In this document: positions 41,468 to 50,266 of the stretch, in pieces
How positions within the stretch are numbered: position 1 is the stretch's first letter
How the letters are laid out: the number at the start of each line of letters is the position of its first letter
From: Acidimicrobiales bacterium
GTDB lineage: Bacteria; Actinomycetota; Acidimicrobiia; Acidimicrobiales; JBBRKR01
Assembly (NCBI GenBank): GCA_038231795.1
Contig: JBBRKR010000001.1
Location: forward strand, 259,199 to 323,198
Direction: 5' to 3'
Length of the DNA: 64,000 nt
Translations under genes and position numbers: made by a program
The notes under the pieces: generated by a model
The model's database searches: none
The model's input: only the letters and a program-made list of their open reading frames with translations
Told to the model about the DNA's origin: nothing

Positions 41468-42181
41468 ATGGAACAACTGGTTAATGAATTCGATGTGCCG
41501 CTGCCGATTGATCAGGCGTGGGCCGTGATCACCGACATCGAACGTATTGCACCCTGCATGCCTGGCGCTCAACTCGAAGAGATCGAGGGCAACGAATTTC
41601 GGGGCGGCGTGAAAGTGAAGGTTGGCCCCATCACTGCCAGCTTCAAAGGCAAGGCGCTGTTCCAAGAACGCGACGATGTGAACTACAAAGCAGTCATTAA
41701 GGCTGAAGGTCGCGACACTGGCGGCAAGGGCAACGCATCGGCCATCATCACGGCCACCGCCACATCGAACGGACCAGACTCCACACATATGACGGTCGCC
41801 ACCGACCTCAACATCACTGGCAAGGTCGCCCAATTTGGGCGAGGCGCCATGAACGACATCTCCAACAAAATTCTGGGTCAATTCGTGGCATGTTTGGAGG
41901 CAAAGATCACCGCTGAAAAGGCATCGCCCGCTGTTGGCGACTCGGCAGCCCCCGCAGATGGCGCTTCCACTGCATCACCTGCGTCTGCCGACGCTCAGCC
42001 AGCAGGAGAAGCGAAGCCCGCTTCCGCCACCGATGGCGTTCGTAAGGTGCAAATGGCGGCTACGAAGCCCGTTGACCTTTTGGACGCCGCCGGAGCCCCG
42101 ATTCTGAAACGTCTCGCCCCCATACTGGGTGCGCTGTTCTTTATTTTCGTGATCTTTTCCCGCCGAAAGCGCAAGGGCTAA
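41468..42181 (+). CDS. coxG: CoxG/SRPBCC-fold protein with Ala/Pro-rich linker and C-terminal membrane anchor
   Basis: 'FDVPLPIDQAWAVITDIERIAPCMPGAQL', 'GKVAQFGRGAMNDISNKILGQF'; C-terminal 'LAPILGALFFIFVIFSRRKRKG'. Confidence 0.85.
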   Translation: MEQLVNEFDVPLPIDQAWAVITDIERIAPCMPGAQLEEIEGNEFRGGVKVKVGPITASFKGKALFQERDDVNYKAVIKAEGRDTGGKGNASAIITATATSNGPDSTHMTVATDLNITGKVAQFGRGAMNDISNKILGQFVACLEAKITAEKASPAVGDSAAPADGASTASPASADAQPAGEAKPASATDGVRKVQMAATKPVDLLDAAGAPILKRLAPILGALFFIFVIFSRRKRKG

Positions 42182-42192
42182 ATATCTCCCCG

Positions 42193-42645
42193 ATGGGTGT
42201 GGACCAGCACGATTTCGACACTGTCGTCTCGCTGCTTGGCCGCACTCCAATGGGCGATTTTGACGTCGTGGTACGCGGCGCAGATGGCACACCTCGCGTC
42301 ATTCGCAATGCTCCGTTTATGCACGACGGCACGCCTATGCCGACCCGATTTTGGCTTACCGATAAACGGGCAACACACCTGATTGGCACCCTCGAAGCTA
42401 CGGGCGGTGTGAACCAAGCCGAAGCTGAACTCGACCCAGCGGCCGTGGCGGCCGTGCATTCTCGCTATGCCGCAGAACGCGACGCCGAAATACCTGCCGA
42501 CTACGACGGGCACCGTCCCTTTGGAGGCGTGGCTGGTACTCGGGTGGGCCTCAAATGCCTGCACGCTCATTATGCCTACCACCTCGCCGGTGGCGATGAC
42601 ATCGTGGGCCGATGGGTTGCCGAGAGAATCGAGATGGACCTATGA
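42193..42645 (+). CDS. DUF501-family protein
   Basis: 150 aa. 'PTRFWLTD', 'GVAGTRVGLKCLHAHYAYHLAGG'. Conserved position between ftsB and ppx in Actinobacteria (Rv1025-like, from memory). Confidence 0.75.
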   Translation: MGVDQHDFDTVVSLLGRTPMGDFDVVVRGADGTPRVIRNAPFMHDGTPMPTRFWLTDKRATHLIGTLEATGGVNQAEAELDPAAVAAVHSRYAAERDAEIPADYDGHRPFGGVAGTRVGLKCLHAHYAYHLAGGDDIVGRWVAERIEMDL

Positions 42646-43589
42646 AGCCGGTTGCCGCCATCGATATTGGCACCAATTCGACACGGCTTATTGTGGCCAA
42701 ACCCACCGGCGCCGGTGGGTTTGATGTGCTCGACGAACGCCTGGTAATTACCCGGCTTGGGGCTGGCGTCGACGCAACCAAGCGCCTGTCCGACGAGAGT
42801 ATTGAGCGCACAGCAGCCACGCTGAGCGACTACTCGAAAATAATGAAATCATTCGACGTCGAACGGTTTCGGATGACCGCCACATCGGCGGCGCGTGATG
42901 CCACCAATGGCGCAGAATTCTTTGCCTCTGCACACGCCGCTACCGGGCAAGACCCGGAAATTCTGTCCGGCGAGGCTGAAGGCCAACTGTCGTTTATGGG
43001 AGCCACAACCGGACTCGATCCGGCCATGGGACCATTTCTCGTCGTCGACATAGGAGGAGGTTCCACTGAGTTCGCGTGGGGCACCACTGCGTGCGAGGAA
43101 TCGGTATCGCTCGATATTGGCGCGGTGCGAGTCACCGAACGGTTCCTCCATTCCGATCCGCCCAAACCTGAAGAGCTTCACGGCGCAGTGTCGGTCGTCA
43201 ATCTGTTCCTAGACGATCTCGATCGCGACCATCCCGATTGGCGCAAAACAGCCATGCTGATTGGCGTGGCCGGCACGATCACCACCATGGCGCGCGTCGA
43301 AATTGGGTCGCCCACCTACGAGCGTGACGCCCTGCATCACTACCGCCTGAGTCACGCGGCCGCCGAAGACGTGTTTCGCACTTTGGCTACTGAGTCGCTC
43401 GACGATCGTCGCCACAACCCGGGCCTCGACGCCGCCCGTGCCGACGTGATTGTGGGCGGTTGCGTGATTTTGTGCGCCATTATGCGGCGACTCAACGCCG
43501 CCACTTGTGTGGTAAGCCAGACCGACCTTTTACACGCGCTGGCGAGCTCATTGTGTTTCGACTCCAGTACCTCTCCTTCGGCTGGATGA
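42642..43589 (+). CDS. ppx: Ppx/GppA-family exopolyphosphatase
   Basis: 'AAIDIGTNSTRLIV', 'VVDIGGGSTEF'; ATGA overlap with the DUF501 gene. Confidence 0.9.
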   Translation: MKPVAAIDIGTNSTRLIVAKPTGAGGFDVLDERLVITRLGAGVDATKRLSDESIERTAATLSDYSKIMKSFDVERFRMTATSAARDATNGAEFFASAHAATGQDPEILSGEAEGQLSFMGATTGLDPAMGPFLVVDIGGGSTEFAWGTTACEESVSLDIGAVRVTERFLHSDPPKPEELHGAVSVVNLFLDDLDRDHPDWRKTAMLIGVAGTITTMARVEIGSPTYERDALHHYRLSHAAAEDVFRTLATESLDDRRHNPGLDAARADVIVGGCVILCAIMRRLNAATCVVSQTDLLHALASSLCFDSSTSPSAG

Positions 43590-43644
43590 CAGGTAGGCTC
43601 GGCGCTGTGAACGGGGGGCCGATGCACGACACATCATCGATGCA

Positions 43645-44235
43645 ATGACACGACTTTTGGGCCGTCGCGTCATGATGCGGCCCCTGACAGTGAGTGACTA
43701 TGTGGCGTATCGCGAAGTGCGTATCCGTAACCGGGCGTGGCTCACAAAATGGGAACCCACCCGCACCGTTGGCGCCCTCGACCCGGCCGAAGATCGAGAT
43801 ACGTTTGCCGCTCGATGTGGCGGGCGTGAACGAGAACGTCAAATGGGCGTCGGCTACGGTTTCGGCATTTTCGTGAGCGGGCAATTTTGTGGCGAAATCA
43901 ACCTCAATCAGGTCCAGCGCGGCCCGTTTCAAAACGCTTACGTTGGTTACTGGATCGACGAACGCACCGCTGGCCAGGGTTACACCCCGGAGGCGTGCGC
44001 GGTGATGTTTCGTCACGCCTTCGAAGACCTATCGTTGCATCGGCTCCAGATATCAATCATTCCCAGAAACGTCGCCAGTCGTCGAGTGGTGGAGAAGCTC
44101 CGCATTCGCGATGAAGGAACTGCTGAGCGCTATCTGGAGATCGACGGCACATGGGAAGACCACACCCGCTACGCCATAACCAGCGAAGAGTGGGCCCTAC
44201 GACGCGATGGATTCATCGCTGATTGGATTCAATAA
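43645..44235 (+). CDS. GNAT-family N-acetyltransferase (RimJ/RimL-like)
   Basis: 'VGYWIDERTAGQGYTPEA', 'LHRLQISIIPRNVASRRVVEKLRIRDEG'. Confidence 0.82.
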   Translation: MTRLLGRRVMMRPLTVSDYVAYREVRIRNRAWLTKWEPTRTVGALDPAEDRDTFAARCGGRERERQMGVGYGFGIFVSGQFCGEINLNQVQRGPFQNAYVGYWIDERTAGQGYTPEACAVMFRHAFEDLSLHRLQISIIPRNVASRRVVEKLRIRDEGTAERYLEIDGTWEDHTRYAITSEEWALRRDGFIADWIQ

Positions 44236-44239
44236 ATCA

Positions 44240-46243
44240 ATGACAGTTCGAGTTGGAATCGTGGGCACCAGTTGGTGGGCCGACGCCATGTATATGCCAG
44301 CTTTGGCGGCCCATCCTGACGCTGAAGTGGTGGCCGTGTGCGGCCGTCAATCGGCGTCGACGGAAAAATTCGCCGCGCAGTGGGGCATCATGCATGCCTT
44401 TACCGACGCAACGTTGATGATGGCGTCGGTGCCCATGGACGCCATCATCGTGGCCACCAGCAATGACAGCCACTACGCCCTCACGGTCGAAGCATTGAGT
44501 CGTGGCATCCACGTGTTGTGCGAAAAGCCCTTGGCCCTCGATGCCGACCAAGCGGCCGAGATGGCGTTGCTGGCAAACGCAACGCAACGCATCACCATGG
44601 TGCCGTTCACGTACCGCTACATGCCCATGATGCAATGGGTGAAACGGTTGGTGAGCGACGGCTATGTGGGCCGTGTATTGCATATCAACATGCGGTACTA
44701 CGCCAATTTTGGTTTCGACGACAGTTACTCGTGGCGGTTCGATCGGGCGACGGCGGGTGCCGGAATCATTGGCGATCTTGGCCCTCATTGGATTCATGTT
44801 TCCCGATGGTTGCTCGACGACGATGAGGTGTCGGTGTCGGCGGTGGCGTCCACGTTTACTGATCGGGCACCTCGCCCTGATGGGTCTGAGTACGAACGTC
44901 TCGAAGACAGCGCGGTGATGACCGTGAGATATCGATCGGGTGCTTATGGCGTGCTGCAGACCAGTGCTGTGTGTTGGGAAGGCACACCATTTGGGCAGAC
45001 GCACCACCTCGAAATTCATGGCGATGCGGGCACGCTGTACGCCATGTGCGATTGGGACATGGTGCAGGAAGTGCGCGGATTGCGGCGAGGCGAGTCGGGT
45101 GGCGCGCAGAATTTGCCGATTCCCGACGATCTGCTCAAAGGACTGCGCACCGACACTGTGCACAACACGTATCGCGACGTTTTCCGTAATACGGATTCGA
45201 TGACGCGGGCGTGGATTTCGGCGATCGGCGACGGTCGCCGCATTGAGCCCAGCTTTGCAGAGGGTTTAGCTGTGCAGCGCGTAGTTGATGCTGCCGTCCG
45301 CAGCGCTGAGCTGGGCGGAAGTCCCGAAATTGTGCCTGCATCGCGACCGTTGCCTGCGACTCCAGTGGCCTCCTTTGCAATGCCTGCTAGCCCATGGCCA
45401 CAGGGCGCCAACGACGGTTGCGATGTGCACGTGTTGGCCATCGATCACCGGTGGCAGATGGAAGAAATGGCCGATGCGGCGGGAGCAGATCGTGGTTCGA
45501 TTCCAGCTTTGAAATCGTTGCTTTTTGAGGCGTTTGAATACGTGGCCACGGGGCGCAACGACGTGGGTATTTTGGTCGACGACCTGTATGGAATTGAGAT
45601 CCTTGAACGCGCTACAGGGAGCGGTGTGTGGCTCGCGCATGCGCTCGATATCCCTCGCAGTCGTCCGGTCGAGTTCGGTGGAGGGTATGAGGTGACCAAG
45701 ACCTTGGCGTCGTGGCCGGCGGATCACATTGCCAAATTGATGGTGTACGCCCACCCCGATGACCCCGCCGAAATTGCCGAAGCGCAATGGGCCCGAATGG
45801 TGCAATTCACCAATGCCAGCGCCGCGTCGCGCCGCAAAATCTTGATCGAGTTTCAAGCACCAGCGGGTGTCGAGCCAGGCCCAGATTATTTGCCACGGAT
45901 GTTGACAGAGGCGTATCGCCGAGGAATTGCCCCCACGTGGTGGAAGTTGCCACCGTTGCCTGACGTCCAGCAATGGCATGCCGCGGCGTCGATCATTCGA
46001 GCCTGTGATCCGGTGTGTCTTGGCATGTTGGTCCTTGGCCAAACCGCCGATCCTGAAACGTTGGCGGGGGCCCTGGGGGCTGCGGCGAGCGAACCAATGG
46101 TGCGTGGTTTTGCCATCGGCCGGGCCATTTTTGGACCTGCTGCTCGGGCGTGGTTCGCGGGCACGATGAGCGATGCCGATGTGGTTGCATCGGTCATAAA
46201 ACAATACGAGTCAACCATCGCTACATGGCAAGGTTGCCGTTGA
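44240..46243 (+). CDS. Fusion protein: Gfo/Idh/MocA oxidoreductase + class-I-aldolase-like TIM-barrel (LacD/DUF2090-like)
   Basis: N-terminal 'VRVGIVGTSWWADAMYMPAL', 'VLCEKPLAL'. C-terminal about 290 aa with 'LAIDHRWQ', 'KLMVYAHP', 'ILIEF', 'WWKLPP', 'GFAIGRAIF'. The C-domain call is pattern-based. Confidence 0.7.
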   Translation: MTVRVGIVGTSWWADAMYMPALAAHPDAEVVAVCGRQSASTEKFAAQWGIMHAFTDATLMMASVPMDAIIVATSNDSHYALTVEALSRGIHVLCEKPLALDADQAAEMALLANATQRITMVPFTYRYMPMMQWVKRLVSDGYVGRVLHINMRYYANFGFDDSYSWRFDRATAGAGIIGDLGPHWIHVSRWLLDDDEVSVSAVASTFTDRAPRPDGSEYERLEDSAVMTVRYRSGAYGVLQTSAVCWEGTPFGQTHHLEIHGDAGTLYAMCDWDMVQEVRGLRRGESGGAQNLPIPDDLLKGLRTDTVHNTYRDVFRNTDSMTRAWISAIGDGRRIEPSFAEGLAVQRVVDAAVRSAELGGSPEIVPASRPLPATPVASFAMPASPWPQGANDGCDVHVLAIDHRWQMEEMADAAGADRGSIPALKSLLFEAFEYVATGRNDVGILVDDLYGIEILERATGSGVWLAHALDIPRSRPVEFGGGYEVTKTLASWPADHIAKLMVYAHPDDPAEIAEAQWARMVQFTNASAASRRKILIEFQAPAGVEPGPDYLPRMLTEAYRRGIAPTWWKLPPLPDVQQWHAAASIIRACDPVCLGMLVLGQTADPETLAGALGAAASEPMVRGFAIGRAIFGPAARAWFAGTMSDADVVASVIKQYESTIATWQGCR

Positions 46244-47085
46244 TGGCCACCCTGCAATTGGCCGATTTTTTCGACGTTGAAATCGCCGGTGAAATTACCG
46301 TTGTGTGCGCGACCAATCCTGCGCACGCCGGCTGGCGTTACGTGACATTCGCCGCCGTCGATGCCGCCGCCGGCGCGACATTCACCATCGATACAGGCAC
46401 CACCGAGTTGGCTATCGTGCCGTTGAAGGGCCAGCTATTGGTGACCTTTGCTGGCCGCATGTTTGAAATGAACAGGGGCGATGTGTTCGCCGACAAAGGT
46501 AGCGTGATGTATGTGCCGCCGTATTCGAAAGCGAGCATCCACACGCCAGGCGGGGCGTCGCTGGGGTTGGGATCTGCACCTGCTGAAGTTCGATACGACG
46601 CTCGTCTACTCGAAGGTGACGATGTGCGGGTGGAGATGCGTGGCGGGGGAGCAGCCCGACGGCAAGTGACCCACTTGTTGTCACCGCCCGTACAAGCTCA
46701 CCGGTTGATTATCTACGAAGTGCTTGTGCCCAGGGGATCATGGTCGGGGTGGCCGCCGCATTGTCACGACGGGCTTGATGGATCGCCGTACTTGGAAGAG
46801 ACGTATTACTTCGAACACCGGCCGGCCAACGGGTTTGGCATACACAGAAATTTTCGTGAATCGGAGGGGCTCGATGATGTATTCGTGGTGCCCCACCGCA
46901 GTCTGGTGACCGTGCCGGCGGGGTATCACTCGAGTGCTGCGTCACCCGGTTCGCACATGTACTTTTTGAACGTGTTGGCTGGCGATCTGGAGCACGACGA
47001 TCGACGAACGCCACCGTGTTTCGATGAACGCTACGTATGGATTGATGGCCGCTGGGACGACGATCTGCTCGACCTACCTCTGTAG
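46243..47085 (+). CDS. iolB: 5-deoxy-glucuronate isomerase (KduI/IolB cupin family)
   Basis: 280 aa. 'GWRYVTFAAVD', 'IYEVLVPRGSWSGWPPHCHD', 'EETYYF'. The ATG shares its A with the upstream TGA. Confidence 0.8.
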   Translation: MATLQLADFFDVEIAGEITVVCATNPAHAGWRYVTFAAVDAAAGATFTIDTGTTELAIVPLKGQLLVTFAGRMFEMNRGDVFADKGSVMYVPPYSKASIHTPGGASLGLGSAPAEVRYDARLLEGDDVRVEMRGGGAARRQVTHLLSPPVQAHRLIIYEVLVPRGSWSGWPPHCHDGLDGSPYLEETYYFEHRPANGFGIHRNFRESEGLDDVFVVPHRSLVTVPAGYHSSAASPGSHMYFLNVLAGDLEHDDRRTPPCFDERYVWIDGRWDDDLLDLPL

Positions 47086-47116
47086 TCATTGGCCCCGTGA
47101 GCGGCAGAGGTCGTAA

Positions 47117-47872
47117 CTATTTTTTCGACGAGATCTTGGCCTGGAACGAAGCCAAGCGTTCGGCGAAGAACGGCTGACGGGTGCTCCACAACTGCGGTGT
47201 GAGTTCGGTCTCCACGGCCTCAAGATGCGTTGGCACGTTGGCCATGGTGCCCAGCGTTTTCTTTACTTCGATGACCAATTCGCGAGGCCCGCTCGACGCC
47301 CGTTCGGCCATAGCTTGCGTGGTGGCGAGGAGGGCGTCGTCGTCGACGCAACGGTATGCCAAGCCGATTCTCTCGGCCTCTACGCCGTCCACGATTTGGC
47401 CGCATAGCACCATGGCCGCTGCCGCTTGAGGGCCAACAATGTTGCGCAACATCCACGTGTGGCCACCGCCGGGGTGAATGCCGAGGTCCACAAACCGACA
47501 GTCAAATTTTGCTCGTCGGGCCGCGATACGAATGTCGCACGACAGCGCCAAATTCATTCCTGCGCCAACTGCCGCTCCATTCACTGCTGCGATGGTTGGC
47601 AATGTGCATCGGCTCACCCGGAGAAAACCTTCATAAATATCAAGGAGCCCGGCTCGATCAGATTCACCCAAATTGCCGAGGTTGGCGCCGGCACAAAATG
47701 CGGGAGCGGCACCGGTGATCACCACGGCGCCGACGCCCGAATCAGCTTCGACACGGTCAAAGATCGAAACGATCTGGCCAACGATTTCTTGGTTCAACGC
47801 ATTGCGTTGATCGGGCTGATTGAGGGTAACCGTGGCCACCCCGTTGGTGATGGAAAGTTCGACTGCAGACAT
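47117..47872 (-). CDS. Enoyl-CoA hydratase/isomerase (crotonase) family
   Basis: 'GAVVITGAAPAFCAGANLGNL', 'INGAAVGAGMNLAL'. Confidence 0.9.
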   Translation of the reverse strand: MSAVELSITNGVATVTLNQPDQRNALNQEIVGQIVSIFDRVEADSGVGAVVITGAAPAFCAGANLGNLGESDRAGLLDIYEGFLRVSRCTLPTIAAVNGAAVGAGMNLALSCDIRIAARRAKFDCRFVDLGIHPGGGHTWMLRNIVGPQAAAAMVLCGQIVDGVEAERIGLAYRCVDDDALLATTQAMAERASSGPRELVIEVKKTLGTMANVPTHLEAVETELTPQLWSTRQPFFAERLASFQAKISSKK

Positions 47873-47884
47873 GTCTCCAGTCTG

Positions 47885-48862
47885 TCATTCGCCGTCGTTG
47901 CGAACGAACCAGGCAATGCCGTTTGGGCATTCGGCCGACAAGGGGCAGAAGCGGCATTGAGGCCCGGCCGTGCGAGTCGGCTCGTAGGCCGGGTCGCGCA
48001 CAAGAGCCAATTTCAGTGCGCCGTCGATAAGACGTCGGGCGGCAGCCTCGAGCAGTCCTTCGGTGACGTCTTCGGTGTGCATGCGCCCGGCATCAAGGTA
48101 GTAATTTGCGAGCAGTCGGGGAGGGACGCCGAGACGCATCGTTTCGACGAGCGCGTAGAGCCGAAGATCGTCGATGTGCACCGCGTTGAATCCGCCCGTT
48201 TTGTAGTCCACGATCACCTTGCCGGCCACTGTCGAATCGGGGTCGGCCTCGTTGCCAATGGAGCGCCCAAGCACGAGGTCAGCTTTGCCTGCCACCACAA
48301 TGGCACCGCCCAAAAATTCAGTACGGAGTGATGATTCGGATGTAGGTCGCCACGCATCTTTGATGGGCGGAAAACACTCCAAGAATTTCACCACCAGGTC
48401 GTTCACAGCGCTGCGCAGATCGGCGCGTTCGTACGCATCGAGCCCAGCCAAAAATTCGCCGAGTGATGTATCGGATTTCGCTACGCGATGCGTCACTTCA
48501 TCGACCAAGGTGAGTGGTTCGACGTCGGCCCAATGGATCGAAAGTTCCACAGCTTTGTGGGCAATGGTGCCCTTGGCAGTGGGCACGCTCCACGAGAAGT
48601 GGCCTTGTTCGCCGACGTGTTTGGCTTCACATGCCAGCACGGTGGCCAAGGCGTGCTTGGCGATGAAGAGCGGCTCCCCGCCGGCTTGCTCGGCAGTGGC
48701 CGCCAGCCCGTCTTCGAGCATGGCCGCCAAGTCGGCGCGCAGCGCAGTGCGGAAGGTGGGTTTGGCGCCCGGGCGGGCTCCAAGTTGAGCGAGCATGTCT
48801 CGCTGAGCAGGGTTCAAACTGGCGGCCGAATCTCGGCGATCGAGGCGTTGTTCCATCGACAT
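47885..48862 (-). CDS. PD-(D/E)XK nuclease, Cas4/AddB-like with 4-Cys cluster
   Basis: 'GKADLVLG', 'IVDYKTG' (D..D/ExK core), one N-terminal Cys ('LACEAKH') plus 'CRFCPLSAEC' at the C-terminus. Confidence 0.75.
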   Translation of the reverse strand: MSMEQRLDRRDSAASLNPAQRDMLAQLGARPGAKPTFRTALRADLAAMLEDGLAATAEQAGGEPLFIAKHALATVLACEAKHVGEQGHFSWSVPTAKGTIAHKAVELSIHWADVEPLTLVDEVTHRVAKSDTSLGEFLAGLDAYERADLRSAVNDLVVKFLECFPPIKDAWRPTSESSLRTEFLGGAIVVAGKADLVLGRSIGNEADPDSTVAGKVIVDYKTGGFNAVHIDDLRLYALVETMRLGVPPRLLANYYLDAGRMHTEDVTEGLLEAAARRLIDGALKLALVRDPAYEPTRTAGPQCRFCPLSAECPNGIAWFVRNDGE

Positions 48863-48920
48863 CTCCCGAGCGTAGCCAGAGCCAACACGCGCTGTTACAC
48901 CCCGGGGTCATACTGGATTC

Positions 48921-49286
48921 ATGAACGCTGTCGTCACCCCGTTGCCATCGAAAGTTGAAAATCACGCGTCGGGAATCGGCGCTCAAGAGTTCGCAGAAGC
49001 CGCTCGGGTGATTGGCCGTATTTTGCAAGCCAAGGGTTGGTTGGCGCCCGGGTACCGCACGCCGCCTCGTGTCGTAGGTTGCGATCGTTCGATCCGGCGC
49101 AGTGGCAATGGTGGGGCCACGATCGCGGTGCGGGTGCGCAACCGGCCAGCGCCTGCTGTCTTTGCCGACATGATCGATGGCGCGGTGGCTGCCAATCGGT
49201 TAGCCGGCGCCGATGCCGTGCGATGTCGGGCAGCGCTGTGGGCAGAATTGGCGTCGATGTCGAACGTCGTGAAGGCAGCCGCCTAG
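48921..49286 (+). CDS. Hypothetical protein, 121 aa
   Basis: An ORF in the only unoccupied frame here, divergent from the nuclease gene. No motif I can recognise. Confidence 0.4.
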   Translation: MNAVVTPLPSKVENHASGIGAQEFAEAARVIGRILQAKGWLAPGYRTPPRVVGCDRSIRRSGNGGATIAVRVRNRPAPAVFADMIDGAVAANRLAGADAVRCRAALWAELASMSNVVKAAA

Positions 49287-49306
49287 TGATACCGAATCGT
49301 GTTGAT

Positions 49307-50245
49307 CTATTTGGGTTTGGCCACTAGGTACATCTGATCGTGCACGATGGTCGCTGCCGCCACGGCCGTGACCTGTCCGGGGCCTTCATAGTGGGGCGCC
49401 ACCTCCACACAATCCGCCCCCACGATGTTCAGGCCATTGAGTCCGAGCAACACTTCGCGGAGTTGCCAAAACGACAACCCGCCAGGAACTGGTGTACCGG
49501 TAGCTGGGGCATATGAGGGGTCAAGGGCATCAATGTCGACGGTGAGATACACGGGCCGATCACCAACACGATCGCGAATCCGCTCGATAATTTTCGCCGC
49601 TCCGGCCGCGAAGTATTCCGGCGCGTACATCACATCAAAACCGTGAGAAACGTTGGGTGTTCGCATCCCCATTTGGATCGAGCTTGAAGGGTCCACAATT
49701 CCTTCTTGGGCGGCCCGCAAAAACATCATGCCGTGGTGAAGTGGCGCTCCCTCGGTGCCCTCCCACGTGTCGGAATGGGCGTCGAAATGTACAAGACTCA
49801 ATGGTCCGTAGGCCGCGGCGTGAGCGGTGAGAAGCGGGTAACTAATGAGGTGATCTCCACCGAGGCCAACCACTCGAGTGCCGGCTGCAATGAGCTGCCC
49901 AGCGCGCCGCACCACGGCGTCGATCATTGCATCTGTTGAGCCCGGCGGGAACGCCACATCGCCGGCGTCACGGCATACATGGGTATCGAAAACGCTGTGC
50001 GGCCATGGCCACATTTTCCCGAATTCGGCGGTAAGGCTGGATTGTTCGCGGATGGCCCGAGGCCCGAAGCGGGCGCCTGGCCGGTTAGTGGTACCGAGGT
50101 CGTACGCCACCCCGAGCACGGCAATATCGACGCCAACCGGTGACTGCATGATGGGCAGGCGAGCAAAGGTGGAATGGCCAGCCCACGTCATTCCGGTGGC
50201 TTCTGCACCATCGAAATCGCCGGTAGTTTCGGGGTGGTCGCTCAT
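49307..50245 (-). CDS. Agmatinase/ureohydrolase (arginase-fold) family
   Basis: Mn-binding motifs 'HFDAHSDTW', 'GGDHLISYP', 'VDIDALDPSYAPATGTP'. Confidence 0.88.
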   Translation of the reverse strand: MSDHPETTGDFDGAEATGMTWAGHSTFARLPIMQSPVGVDIAVLGVAYDLGTTNRPGARFGPRAIREQSSLTAEFGKMWPWPHSVFDTHVCRDAGDVAFPPGSTDAMIDAVVRRAGQLIAAGTRVVGLGGDHLISYPLLTAHAAAYGPLSLVHFDAHSDTWEGTEGAPLHHGMMFLRAAQEGIVDPSSSIQMGMRTPNVSHGFDVMYAPEYFAAGAAKIIERIRDRVGDRPVYLTVDIDALDPSYAPATGTPVPGGLSFWQLREVLLGLNGLNIVGADCVEVAPHYEGPGQVTAVAAATIVHDQMYLVAKPK

Positions 50246-50266
50246 CGCGGAGACTCTACTGATCGG

